DNA of 63,299 nt, filler included, from Rhabdomonas costata (lineage: Eukaryota): the NCBI GenBank assembly GCA_019059605.1. It is 50 parts of 50 records of this genome, joined end to end, with 100 filler letters (N's around TTAATTAATTAA, not from the genome) between each part and the next. Parts side by side here need not be neighbours in the genome. Positions count along the whole stretch, not along the records: positions 11,414 to 12,581 come from JAHMHO010025297.1; positions 12,682 to 13,849 come from JAHMHO010025298.1; positions 13,950 to 15,117 come from JAHMHO010025299.1; positions 15,218 to 16,392 come from JAHMHO010025300.1; positions 16,493 to 17,660 come from JAHMHO010025301.1; positions 17,761 to 18,927 come from JAHMHO010025302.1; positions 19,028 to 20,195 come from JAHMHO010025303.1; positions 20,296 to 21,463 come from JAHMHO010025304.1; 42 more parts are not named here. The stretch is one strand, 5' to 3'. Positions 11,508 through 24,611 of the stretch are shown here, one piece after another. The notes below the pieces were generated by a model. The model was not told where the DNA came from. It was given only the letters and a program-made list of their open reading frames with translations, and did no database searches. Both the position numbers and the translations under genes were made by a program. The first letter of the stretch is position 1. The number at the start of each line of letters is the position of its first letter.

Positions 11508-13949
11508 GCAACCCTCGGGCATGGCAACACACTAAAATTCTAAATTCAAGATGATCGGTCGACTACGATGGTGGTTGCGGAAAGTCCAAGGAAAAAGAAG
11601 GGCGCCAATCTCTACGATGCAGATCATTACTTTACCGGTGCATGAACTTTTGCAACCTTTGCATGAACTTGTATTCGGGTCAGTCTTTGGCAAGGGACAA
11701 CCATACGATGGAAGCTACACGCCCCAGAAAGAATCCAAAAAGCAAAGTCCAAAAAAAGAGAATCCAAAAAGCATTTTAAAAGTCCCAACACCCTCAATAA
11801 GAACTTAAGCCCGAGGAACATTCTTTTAAAACCCCCAAGAACAAAAATTAATAGACCCGAAAAAGTGAATCTTCCCTTGTCAATGTTTCCCGACCGATGA
11901 TCTAGGCGATCACAATCACTCCGTGCCTTAGCAAATATGACTCTGGTCTGGTCTCTGCTGTGATGTTCGGGGTGAGCCGTAAGCAGCCTGTCCGGAGACA
12001 CAGACATGCCTTGTTCATAGCTTCCAGGCGGCTCGCCAAGTTGACTCCGTCCCCTGTTGAAGCAACCGGGGTAGACCGAGAAGTAATGATCGCGTCTGGC
12101 TCGGAAAAATGTCTTGCTGTATGCTAGCAACCATTGTCTACAAACGCCCAAGACGGTCCAGGCCCTAACCAAGCGGAATTAGACTAACAGAAGCATGAAA
12201 CCCTCTCTTCAATGCACCTTCTCAGACAAGACCCTCAGTCCAACCGCTTTCACACACCTCCATTGGAAAAATAGAGGCAAACGCAAGGAAATAACATCAA
12301 AACCATCAAAAACATAGAGATTTCATTTCTGTCGAATATCTCTCAGGGGATGAATCCTTGGGGTTAAGCACCACTTTTCTACACATTAAAAAATCCTGAA
12401 GTGCCACAGGACGTGCAGAAGGCTAATGTGTGCACTCACAGGCACACACAAAGGTCCATTAAAATCGCAGTCCCTGCATACTATTTCCGAGGGAATGAAG
12501 GTGAAGTGGCGCTAAAGGGGCACTGTTTATTGAAAAACCTCTGGGGACACATGGAATCTTCGTATCTAAATAAACCATCAANNNNNNNNNNNNNNNNNNN
12601 NNNNNNNNNNNNNNNNNNNNNNNNNTTAATTAATTAANNNNNNNNNNNNNNNNNNNNNNNNNNNNNNNNNNNNNNNNNNNNTAGTTATCCGCTTCAAAAC
12701 GTTGCGAAATAACGCCTTACGAATAAAAAATAGGCCCAACAATACGCCGCAAAGACCAGGCTGACGGAGTTCAAAGCCGGGGCAAAATAAATGATATATT
12801 GTATAAATTTGAAGGGCTCTGGAGGGAACACATCTTCCTGCCCTGAATGATTTTGGATGGGGGACATTGTGCAGCACTTGGATTGCCGTGCACATAATGG
12901 CGGGAGGTCTCCCTCACCATCCGCCCAGCCCAACCAGCCTTGAATTTTTGACGATTCCGATTCTATCGAAACCGAATGGGCCAAAAACACCAAATAGCCA
13001 CCAGCGGCTCAAAAGGCACTCCCTGCAAAAGGGTAGCAACCTTGCACACCAAAGCAATGTTGCGCGGGGCACGGGGCTTCACACACCTCCTCGCCAGCCT
13101 CTCGCTGAGGGGGCCATGGAAGATATACGCGGGGGAGTGAAGTAGAAGCGGACCATTTGGGTGCAGTACTGAATCACTCAACACACTGACAGTTCGTCAT
13201 GGACAGTTTGGATACACTGCATCGCAGGTCAAGGGAGAAGGGAGATGGTAACAGTTACACCCCAGTATGACAACATGATCACAAAAACCGAGAAATGGAA
13301 AAGAAGACGAAACCTGCAACTACTGTAGTCTCCTAAAAATGGGAAAAGGGAACGTAAAAGCAGAACAAGAGAATAAACCACTGAGCAAGGACTACCACTC
13401 CAAAAAGCCAAACTCCGCGTGGCAAGCCACCGATGCGAAAGCAAGGCACGGCTCCAGCACAATTCGAGGAGCGCAACCAAGCAACGTAGATAAAAATAAG
13501 GCCAGCAGGAGACTCTCCTGACCTCCTTTTCTGATCCTTACCTCACCTCATGGAAATAGGCAGATGACATTTCCACCCCCTTGGACCTGCTGCGCCATCC
13601 GCTATTGCAGCAAATCAAAGTCTGAGGGGACTCCGATGAGCCTCCGCTCCGGCCGGAGACGAGGTTTCGGGTGGCAAGCTTGCGGAGAGGAGAGGTGCGT
13701 GGGGCTGGAAACTGCGGCGCAGGACACGGAAAGCCCTCCTCGAGACCCCCGAGCAGAGGACAACTCAGCTGAAGCCATCCTAGAGCCTGGTCCCGAGCAA
13801 AAACCCCGAAGAGCTTGTGCAAAAACCCCCACTAAACACACCTAACACANNNNNNNNNNNNNNNNNNNNNNNNNNNNNNNNNNNNNNNNNNNNTTAATTA
13901 ATTAANNNNNNNNNNNNNNNNNNNNNNNNNNNNNNNNNNNNNNNNNNNN

Positions 13950-14501
13950 GTACGGCATTCTCCGACATGAAGAACGCTCAACTCGGTCAGCCCCGAGGCC
14001 ATCTTACAGCAAGCCCATCTGCACGTGCCTGCACTGTATCCTTGGGCGCGGTGGTCACTGACGACCCATAGCTGGTTGTTTTGTCGCAATGTCGTCCTGC
14101 GGGGAGAGTGTGGCGTTCATCAGGGGAGCCCGCTTGGCCCGCTGCTCTTCTCCCTAGCCTTGCACAAGGGAATCACCGAGGTTGAAAGAGCGCTCGATGG
14201 TGAACCGCAAACCTGGATGGCTTGGTACCTGGATGACGGTACCATCTTTGGTTTACCGCTTTCAGTTCTCATCCGGTTGCTGCCCCTCCTCGAGATAGCA
14301 CTTTCACGATTGGGCCTCCAGCTGAACAAGCAGAAAACGCGTGTGGCTTCGGCGTGCACAGTGCGCGGATTGAGCGCCGTGAGGGTCGTCCAGATGCAGG
14401 AACCCGGTGCGGGCTTCAAAGTGCTTGGCGTGCCATTCGGATCTACAGAATTCATTCGCAACGAGCTCAGCAGGGTGCAAACCCGCGTCAACCGTTTTTG
14501 C
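13950..14501 (+). mobile_element. Non-LTR retrotransposon reverse transcriptase fragment, CRE/SLACS-like
   Basis: GVHQGSPLGPLLFSLAL, AWYLDDGTIFG, LGLQLNKQKT and FKVLGVPFGSTEFI correspond to RT motifs 4-7, in a form typical of the CRE clade. Confidence 0.9.
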
Positions 14502-14900
14502 AATCCCTCTCTCTCCCCTCCGCCGTCCGCGGTGCATTGACTCTTCAATCTCCTCTTGGAATACTCTGGCTGGACCTGGTCTCCTCTCCTTGCTCACTCA
14601 TACATTCAGTCTCTCCTTGAAACTCTCCAACGCATTCTCCCGACTATCTTTCGGTACATTAGCGACCTTCTTCTCTCACACGCTGATCCCTGCTTCCTTT
14701 TGCCCACACACTATGCTGCACTATGCTGCGCACCTCCTCCAGAGCGCTGGCTTCTTGCTGAACGAAAAGAGTTCTTTCACTCCCTCTACCAATATCATCT
14801 GGCTAGGCAAACTGATCGAATCCTCTCCCCTCCCTCTAATTTCCGATCCCTCTTCCACTCTCTCGAAACTGTTCTCTTCGCTGACAGCCCATTTTTCTCC
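14500..14900 (+). mobile_element. Decayed DIRS/TATE-like (tyrosine-recombinase retroelement) RT fragment, frameshifted
   Basis: Across frames: SWNTL/GWTWSPLLAH (LPFGWxWSP-like), FRYISDLLL (degenerate YIDD), LLQSAGFLLNEKSSFTPSTNIIWLGK. Confidence 0.7.
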
Positions 14901-15231
14901 GCCCTGTATCGCGTCTGCGCCTTCTCCGTGTTCTCGGCCTCTGTCAATGGCTCTCCCGTCCATCTTCTGAAGTGGCCAACTTTCTTGCCCCTCTTGATCA
15001 CCTTGTAAAGAGGAAAACGCTTCCTCGTTGCTTTCCTTTTCAACTTTGGCCTCCCTTGCTCAAGTGCTTTATCCTCGTGCACCTCCCTGCGTTGTTTACT
15101 TCTCCTCCACACACCACNNNNNNNNNNNNNNNNNNNNNNNNNNNNNNNNNNNNNNNNNNNNTTAATTAATTAANNNNNNNNNNNNNNNNNNNNNNNNNNN
15201 NNNNNNNNNNNNNNNNNGGGGGGGGGTTGGG

Positions 15232-15303
15232 TTAGGGTTAGGGTTAGGGTTAGGGTTAGGGTTAGGGTTAGGGTTAGGGTTAGGGTTAGGGTTAGGGTTA
15301 GGG
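15232..15303 (+). repeat. Telomeric repeat (TTAGGG)12
   Basis: 12 perfect TTAGGG units at the contig 5' end. Confidence 0.97.
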
Positions 15304-15863
15304 CCTCCGGTCCCACTTGAGTGGGGAGGTTCATCTTTCGACAAAACTGTTTCCACCGCAAGTATGGAGTAGGGTTATGCAAAAAGTGCAGCTGAAACGA
15401 TGATCATGCCAAAGCCCGGAACCTCAAACACAGATTTCACTGCAACTTCGTAGTTTGAGCGTCCAAAACTGGCCTATAACGGGCATCATCTCCCCAACAG
15501 TGCATCCCCACAACAGCATGATGCTACCACTGCACACAGCAACGCCGCGGGGCGGGGGGACCCTCACATGCTGCGGACCTGGAAGCCGTGAGGCTGATGG
15601 GATCTTAGTCAACGCAGGCATGGAAGCAGAAGTCGTGATCGCAGAATGAGAGAGCAGCTCCAACAGCTCCTTTGCGCGCACAGACCGGCTCATAACACAT
15701 TGTGCACTTGACCAGGGTGACTTTTTTCTGGGGAAGACTCGCGTTTCTCTTCCCCCCTGGGGCTCCCCATCCTCAATGGGGCATGGCCCATCGGGCCTCA
15801 CCCCCTTCCCTTATCCTCCTTCATGCCTTACTGCCTCACTTTGCTCTGGCGCATAACCACCGA

Positions 15864-15866
<3 letters not shown>

Positions 15867-15900
<34 letters not shown>
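15867..15900. repeat. (AC)17 microsatellite
   Basis: Direct reading. Confidence 0.95.
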
Positions 15901-15902
<2 letters not shown>

Positions 15903-16564
15903 CGGAAACAAAGCCCAAACCGTCTGTAACCGAGTGAAGCTAAGCGGCGCACTTTTGTAAAGCACCAGCCTTCCGAGACCAGAACAAAACCAACCGAAGG
16001 AACAAACGAAGGGGTGGACGCATACATTCATTGGGAACACTCCCACGGAGAGCGGGAAGGAGGGCTGCTCTGCCTCGATCAGCTTCAACTCCGACTCCGC
16101 CGCCACGACCATGCTGCTGGACCGGCAGCGGGGAGAAGAGCCCGTCGGGCCGCGGGGGGCCTCTCGCCGGGCATCCCGGAGCTTCTTTCGCAGGGGGAAG
16201 ACCGTGTCCTGCCAAGCCTGGTGCCGCTTCAGAAAATGCTCCCTGAAAACGCGAAACAGAATAGGGCAATATCCCACACCCCAAACCCAAACCGAAACCC
16301 ATACCCATACCCAAACGAACATCTCCCCACCACCACCAGCCGTCAAACACAACATTATCCTGTGTGGTCTCTATCCACATGGCAACAACCACNNNNNNNN
16401 NNNNNNNNNNNNNNNNNNNNNNNNNNNNNNNNNNNNTTAATTAATTAANNNNNNNNNNNNNNNNNNNNNNNNNNNNNNNNNNNNNNNNNNNNTTGTTTTG
16501 TTTTCAAACGGAAGGTCTGACCTCCTCTTATTATCGTATATCCTTTGCCTTGGTGTTTTTGCAG

Positions 16565-17333
16565 AACAGCACCGTCTCTCTGGGGATGAGTCCGGTGCTG
16601 GTGAGCATCATGTTCATTGACATCGTGGACTTCACGAAGCTGTGCGAGGGCATCGCACCGGCGCGCCTGGTGGAGCTGATGAACGAGTACCTGCAGATGA
16701 TCTGCGGGGTGGTGCACGGGTCGGGCGGTGTGCGGCATTACTCGCGTGTCTTGTCGCCCTTTTCGTCGTTTCTGAGGTACCCGTTGCAGTGTTGCAGTGC
16801 TAGTTGCGAATGTGGTCGAGGAATAGGGTGCTCTCCCCAATATCTTTGCCATTTTCTTGCCTTATTCGTTCTTGTCTCCTTTCCGCATTTCTGGCAACGC
16901 GCTCTTTTGCTAGTTTGGTGTCTTTTTTGCTTGCACCTTGCCTGTCTTTTTGTGTAAATTTGCCATGAAAAATGCGGTTCGGCTGCCTGCGTGTGTTGCT
17001 TGGCACATCGTTTGCACTTTTGTTTTATTTGGGGGGCGGAGTGCCGCGTTGCGATTTCCACATTTTTGGTCCCTTTTGCTTTTCTCGGAGGATGGGGGGA
17101 GGTCTCTTCCCATTGGGGGAGGGCTCTCCATTGGTGGCAGCGTTGCGATGCTCCTTTCATCGCCTCGCTCACCGAAGTGGAGCGTTCCCTCTCTGCAAAT
17201 TTCAGAGGGAAAATATCCGTCTCAGTTCTGCGGGGGCTTTACCTTCAGCCTTCCAATTGGCTGTGCACTCTCACTCGCGCTCACCCTCAGGCACCGTGGA
17301 TAAGTTCATTGGTGACGCTGTGATGAGCTTTTG
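16565..17333 (+). CDS. Class III adenylate/guanylate cyclase, exons 16565-16727 and 17291-17333
   Basis: VSIMFIDIVDFTKLCEGIAPARLVELMNEYL...GSG|GTVDKFIGDAVMSFW is joined by a phase-1 GT-AG intron. Both metal-binding Asp and the ATP-specifying Lys are present. Confidence 0.93.
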
Positions 17334-20300
17334 GTATGAAGCACCGCTGTGCCTGTCACTACTCTTCTGCCTGAGCGCACCATTTCAGACCCAGTGCCGT
17401 TCTGTTTTCTTCTTTTCACACGAGAGTTCAAATGCGACTCGGCCGGGGCCGCGAAAAGAACGCACTCACGCATTCGTACAGATCTAAGGCCGCTTGCTCA
17501 TGCCCACTCGTAGATGTTGCTCCGTGTGGCATAGAAAAGACTGCACAGAACAGGAGTGAAGAGAGGAAGGGAAGGGAATAGGGGTAGAAGAATAGAAGAC
17601 GAGAGGAGAGGAGGAGGGGAGGGATGAGGAAGGAGTGCTGAGCACTAGTACACCACCACCNNNNNNNNNNNNNNNNNNNNNNNNNNNNNNNNNNNNNNNN
17701 NNNNTTAATTAATTAANNNNNNNNNNNNNNNNNNNNNNNNNNNNNNNNNNNNNNNNNNNNTGGGGGGTTGGGGACCTCGAGGTCGGCGAGAGGATACCTT
17801 GGGTTTGCCAGGAAGAACCTGGCTCCAGCAGCGTGAGAGAACATCGCGCAGGCAGTCTCGATTGAGGATGTCAAGGAAATAAATTCCTCGCTCTTTGTGC
17901 AACAGAGCGTGTGTTCCCCGTATGGGGCATTTGGAAGGAGCTCCAGGGAAAGATGAGGAGACGCTGCCACTAGTAAGGGTCCTGCGTGTTCCAGCGGAGG
18001 CGAGCGGGCTGACCCGAAGAAAGATACCAGAGTGCGCCCTGCCTTTATTTGCCCTCTCCCGGTTCTCTGGTCACTCAAACCAAACACTCATGGCCGAGTT
18101 CGCTGAGGATACCGAGCATGACCTTCGCTCCACCCTGGAATGCGTTTCTTGAACTTGCCTTCCCGACGCTGCTTGGCAAATGGTCCATACAGGTCCATGG
18201 AGGCATTCGAATTCAGAACGCAACGCAAACGTACAGTGCTAGGTACTTTTCAACCAGCCAGGCTAAAGACTTTCCCTTTCTGGGCTTTGGCAAATGGAAA
18301 GATTTTTTCGAAGGACGAGGGGAACCTCCTCAGCGGCGAGGTCGGTGCACAGAGCGGGAGGGACGTTGCCTTTTTGTCCTGGCTCCTTCCATTTCCTCGG
18401 TCGCCTTTGCCGAGTTTCCACCGTTGTACGTCTCACTGTATTTTTTGTCTTGTTTCAAAAATAGAGACAAAACAATGCAACTGCATCCCCCTTCCTGCAT
18501 TTTTCCCAGCTGATTCTGCCTCACGGTTTCTTTTTCCGCCGCGTGGTGACCACACACAAGCAGAGGAACAATTTGTTCTCATCCTTTTTTTTTGAAGACA
18601 AAGTTTCCAGTTTTTCTGCAAATCATTGCCTTTTCCTTTCCCACAAACTGTGAACATTGCGTCATTGAGGAACCTCATGGTATCTTTGTCATGGATTTGC
18701 CCTGAAAGACGATAACGAATGCTCTCACCAGGAGGGTGGGGGTGGACTTACCCCAGTGCCAGTGCAGCAGACCACCCTGACCAACTCCAAGGGCTTGACG
18801 AAGGCGACCACGACCACGAAGCCTGTCAACGGCAGAATTCTGGTCAGAGTCAGCGTATGGTCGGTTCCCCAGAGCGGCAAGAGATTGGTGAACTGGGTGA
18901 AACCACATCAACTTGACACCAACAAACNNNNNNNNNNNNNNNNNNNNNNNNNNNNNNNNNNNNNNNNNNNNTTAATTAATTAANNNNNNNNNNNNNNNNN
19001 NNNNNNNNNNNNNNNNNNNNNNNNNNNGGTTGGGTGGTGTGCGTGCCATGCCAGCGATACTTGCGATACTGCAGCCCAGGACGTTTGAGCCCAGAGGACC
19101 GACGTTTCGAAACCCATCCGTGTTCCGGAGACCCACGTGCATTTCACACTTTTGCGGATGATCTTTTTTGTGGGGTTTGTTTATTCCAAATTGGCTTGGT
19201 AAAGGCCAGTTGCCGCCGCCGCCACATTTAAGAAATGCGACGTTCGGGGAAAGAGGCCGCATAGCGACCCCGGATGAGTAGGGAAACAAAGCCAAGGAAC
19301 CTTGGGAAGTAGAAGCGGCGCCTACCTCGGCAGTCAAGGTCGGGATAAAGGCAGAAGGCACCACTTAAGTGTGGCGGCAATATCGTTGGTCAAATATTTC
19401 ATGGGACGTTTGATTCCATAATTCAATTCTTGGCCACCGCAGGGTAAAAAGGAACAAATGTGGCATTTATTGACTTGTTTATGCCGCCGGAATCTTGTCT
19501 GGGGTAAACGGTCTTTGCTAGGGACAGAGATAACAAATAGTAGCAACGTGGTTGAGGAACTTGCCGGAGAACGTCACCGGTAACTTATTTTGATATTTTT
19601 CATTCTCCACAAAAAACGGGATTAGTCGCCATGGCCTCGTTCATCTAAACCCGAAACCTAAATCAGAAAATGCCTCAAACTACATCAATTTTCGTTATAA
19701 CTGTTTCTTCAAAAGCAGCACGTTACCACGATAACGGCATCGTTTCTTCACAAAAAAACTCTTCTCGACTGGTACGGCTGAAATCAATCGAATCGTTGTG
19801 TGGCGGAAACGGGAACCCAGATAACAGGAGTGCGGTGCGGTGGGGAAAGCTCAGAATGGCTGGCTACACACGTGTAAGCAAACATCTGCAGATGGATTTT
19901 GGATCAAAAGGCGCATACATAACGGCTTCAAAGAAGTCACGCTCTTTGGTTCCATGCAGGGAAAAATACGATGATCCAGAAAACACTTTGTGATGATTTA
20001 GTTCGAGTGTGCATGAAGAATTGCCTCGTTAACAGAAAGGAACAGTTCTCAAGAAATCAGATCACACCACAAATGCATAGTACGTTGCTGCGGAGTGAAA
20101 AACGGCAGGAACTGGAGTAATCCACAGAAGTTCACAGATTCTCTCTTTCTCACACAACAAAGGGGGAGCGACTAACAAAATGCGGCAAAACCACANNNNN
20201 NNNNNNNNNNNNNNNNNNNNNNNNNNNNNNNNNNNNNNNTTAATTAATTAANNNNNNNNNNNNNNNNNNNNNNNNNNNNNNNNNNNNNNNNNNNNGGTGT

Positions 20301-23169
20301 GGGGGGGTCCATAAATGCACTTATGCCAGTATTTAGCGAATAAACGTCTAAAATGCAAAGCAGATCGTAAGAAATTTCGAACCAAAAACGCAAAACTCTG
20401 TCTGACCCTGATAGCGAGGCTTTTCCGAATGTGGTTTGGTAATGATTCTTGATTCCGCGTGGTAAAGTTCAGCGTTTCCTCGTTCGAGAGGACACCTTGC
20501 CCACTCCCACACGCCAATTCTCCCCATGTACTGCATTGACCTGCTGTTACACTTGCTTGCAACTGCCCTTTCCACTTTGCGCCTGATGTGTTGCTGAAGC
20601 TGCCCCCATCCCTTCCCTTTTAAACTTGGTAAGGCAGGGGATCTTTTTGTCCACATTTGCTGTCGGTTCTCCTAGGTTGCGTGTTTGTGTGCGCGGAGCG
20701 TCCTTTCTCCTTTTGCGCGTTGTTGGTGTACCAGCATGGGGCAGACTCAGCCCCACTCCTCTGAATATGCACTGACCTTCTCCGTCCTCCCTCCATCCGT
20801 GCCTTGAACCGCGCTGCAGCGCAGCTGCCTCTGCTTTCTTATTTTACGTGCCGTCTTGGATGGTATCCCTCTCTTGGAATCGGAAGAAGTGAGCAAGGAC
20901 GAAGACGTTCCTCCCCAGCCGGCTGAGCCAAAACCCGAAGTTCGGAACCTGAGTGAGTCCTAAATCGCATCCTTGAATTGGGTTGCTTTTCTGCCGCTGG
21001 AATGTGCCACTTCTGAAAGCTCGTCTTGCTTCGGAGAGAAGCAGATGTGCCGTGCAGCGAGATGACTGCATACCCTTTCCCTTGCGGTTGGTGTTCATTT
21101 TCGGGGCTACGCAGGATAAGGAGGCACACGGCCAGCTGCATTGCAGGGTGAGCTCGCAACCCCTAACCCCTCTGGTCCTTGCCAACTTTGTCACTCGCTT
21201 ATCCATCAGAATTCAGCATCGGGATGACCCTCAGTTTCGCTGCAGTATCGGGGCACTCTCCGTGACTTGTGATCGTGCAAATGCTCTCTTGGCTCTCCGG
21301 CACCGCTCAACGAGCAAAAAGGAAAACTAAAAGCCTTCGATGCCCTGCAGTGCTTTCTGAAGTGTCTTTTTGTTACAGTTTTTCCCCTGCTTGTTGTCCT
21401 GTTGCTCTGCACGTGCTGGTGGTTGTGTTGCCGGGCTTCTTTTTGTGCAATGGAAAACAACCCNNNNNNNNNNNNNNNNNNNNNNNNNNNNNNNNNNNNN
21501 NNNNNNNTTAATTAATTAANNNNNNNNNNNNNNNNNNNNNNNNNNNNNNNNNNNNNNNNNNNNGTGTGGTGGGGTCCCCGCTCAGTGTTCGCCACCCCAG
21601 ATGCGATTGCAAGCCTTCTCACCGTCGTACGGCGCGCACTCCCCTCCCTCTTTCTGCCTCCCTTCCCTTCTGCAAGGAACCCTGCTCTACTGCAAAAAAA
21701 AAATCTTCGGGACTCATTTTTTGGGCTTGGCGACTATTGATCCGTATGCTGCGAGAGTTTTTCTGTATCCGATTAACTCCACTGGTGTCGCATTTTCCAC
21801 TTCGTTTCAATGCTGTTATTGACCTGACTTTTTGAATTTTAGCACGCTACACCGTAGATTGAGAGTTTCGAGAGTTTGCACCTTACGCATTCATAAAGGC
21901 ATTGCAAATCCTACCAAAGCCCAGCGGCATAAGGCTAAAAAAAAAGGCTTCAGTTCGAAACGTTCGGACTACTTTCTCGATTTCGGGGTGTTGCTAGGCT
22001 TATTATGCCATTGTTTCCATGATTTCCATGATTTCCTCCATGATTTTTTTGTAGGATTCTATTTTGTTTTTAATGCGGTGCTTTCGAGGTGTCTCCTCTC
22101 ACTCGTGTTTTACCCAAGCAGGATATTGCGCGTGCACAACACCACAGAAAAAGATTGCAGTGGTTGCAATATTTTTATGAACATATGGGCCATTCTTCTC
22201 CAGGCGCTATTTTCTTTACTGCTCTTTGTTGTGTTGGCAGTGGACTCGCCAGATTGCTGAGGGCTTTGCTGAGGTCGAGCTGAGCCTCCACGGTTTTCTG
22301 CGAACCGTTTTGCTCGAGTACTTGTTTTTCATGCTTGCCGTGCAGCTTCCTCTTTGAAAACTTCCGAACCTTCCTTGCTCGTCTGTTTATATTTATCATG
22401 TCTGCTTTCATTGATGTGAGACTTTGCGCTCTTTGGAACCCTTTTGCGTTCCTCGGTTCAAATGCGTCGGGCACGTTGGTGCTGGGACTCACACCCATCG
22501 GCGATGGGCTATTTTCTAAAGTACAGTTACCTGCAGTTTCTCCTGCATCACCGTGTTTTCTCAACTGCTAGTCTTTCTATATTCCTTTCCCACCTTTTTG
22601 GCCCATCAATTCTTCTCTCTGTCTCTCTGTCTCTTTATCTCAATCTCTCCCTACCTAAACCTGCAGCTTCGAACTGTCACGGCAACAATGCTGTACACAA
22701 TCCTATTGGGTTGTGCAAGTACCAAAAAACCNNNNNNNNNNNNNNNNNNNNNNNNNNNNNNNNNNNNNNNNNNNNTTAATTAATTAANNNNNNNNNNNNN
22801 NNNNNNNNNNNNNNNNNNNNNNNNNNNNNNNGTTGTGTGGGTAGAGTTTGCCCGTAATTTACAAACGTAAATTACCCTACACGTGTTCTCACTCTTTTTC
22901 GTTACATTTTCCCCCTGATTGTCTGACCACCACGCATTCTCCATATGCTTTCATGCCCACCAGTGTACTCTCTCTCTTACTCTTACTCTCTCTTACTCTT
23001 ATAGACAAATTACCCATTACGGAAAAATTTCTGCTCCAAAGTGAAAGAAGGAATGTAATTCACTTCCCCGAGGTTGCTTGGTTGGCCATCCTTTTCTTCT
23101 TGTTTTTGTCCAGGCTCACTTTTCTGGACAGCTCTTCTTGGTCTAAAATCTTTCCATACGACCACTCAC

Positions 23170-23837
23170 CACCGGGGATCACTACACCGTGGTGAGAACG
23201 GCTGTGGGCTCTAGCAAAGAGGCAGAAACGTAACACAGGGTACACACGTGGGCGTGGACGTTGTGGCCAGCAATCCAGGCAAGGGGCTTCAGGCCCAGCT
23301 CCTGGAGCTTGTTCTCCGAGACCAAGATCACCGCTGCAGCACCTGAAACCCACCCAGAACACGGAGAGCCACACGACAATTGGTGTTACTCTCCAAAACG
23401 CTCACTTCGCACGCAGCATACATGAAACAAGGACCCAACCAGCAAGCCCTAGACTACGAAGCCAACTGTACGGTTGTGCCATCAACACATTTGTCTGAAA
23501 CATAAAACTTCTCATTACCACTGAAGGCCCCGTGTTGTAGGAAGATGTGAATGTAGACCTCACCTTTGCTGGAAGGTACTTTACCGGGCTTTCTTCCCTG
23601 CTTCGAAAAAAGCCTGTGGCCCGCGGGCTTTCTTCTTCCCAAAAGCAGCAGCGGCAGCACACCATCGTTGATACTGCTGGCATTGGCCGCCGTGATGGTG
23701 CCGTTCTTCTGAAAGGCGGGCTTGAGCTGCGGGATCTTCTCCACCTTCAGCAGGCCAGGGCCCTCATCGGTGTCCACCACAACCTCCTTTCCCTTGATGC
23801 TCACCTTGACAGGGATGATCTCCTCCTTGAAAAGACC
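23170..23837 (-). CDS. Thiolase (acetyl-CoA C-acetyltransferase), exons 23837-23663 and 23342-23248, plus a possibly decayed exon 23210-23170
   Basis: FKEEIIPV...VDTDEGP...LKPAFQKNGTITAANASSINDG|AAAVILVSE...LGLKPLAWI, joined by a GT-AG intron. Confidence 0.92.
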
Positions 23838-24611
23838 CTGAGCAAAGAGCGCCACCGTGCCACCCACCCACCCTTTTCCCAGCTGTTGCGCTTCCTGGCA
23901 GCTAATTCATGTCAAATCGGCACTCTGCAGTGCTCCGTGTCCACTTCCATGCGCATCCTTTCACGGTGCCATGCAACAACCCCCCAAACACACCAACACN
24001 NNNNNNNNNNNNNNNNNNNNNNNNNNNNNNNNNNNNNNNNNNNTTAATTAATTAANNNNNNNNNNNNNNNNNNNNNNNNNNNNNNNNNNNNNNNNNNNNG
24101 GTGTTGTGTGATAAGACGCCCACAAGGACCCCAGAATGAGCGCTTTCCATTGTGTGCAGTGACCTATCCCGCCGGGCGATAATGACGGTTGACAGACACA
24201 CCCAACAAAGGGGGGTCGGTACGACATCTCGTGCGATAGCATCCACCTCATGTGCAATTTGAGATGGACGCGGTGGCACTTTTTGCTGCGCAGGACGGCC
24301 CATTTCATGTCAAACGTCAGAGCTGCAAAAGGGCAGCTGTTTTTAAAAACTTGACGTGCAGCGTAATTCATAAACCCTATGCAAGTCCAAGGCATGACTT
24401 TTTGCCTCATCACCTTTGGCATAGCTCCGTTTTCTGTTTTGGTGGCTCTGTTACTCCCATTTTTCTAATGAAACGTTGAATCTTTTTTTTCGTCGTTCGG
24501 CAATTGTTGACGAATACAGCACCCCCCCACCCGGTGTGATGCAGACACCCTTTGGCGATAGGGTTCGCATCTCCCGTGTCTCCTTGGACAGTTCTTTGTC
24601 CTTTGTCTTTG

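Noticed and set aside
15162-15382. ORFs with PNPNPN / LTLTLT
   Set aside because: Translations of the telomeric repeat.
21353-21371. CTTTCTGAAGTGTCTTTTT resembles the Euglena spliced leader
   Set aside because: Needs two indels, has no proper 3' end, GT donor or Sm site, and could be chance.
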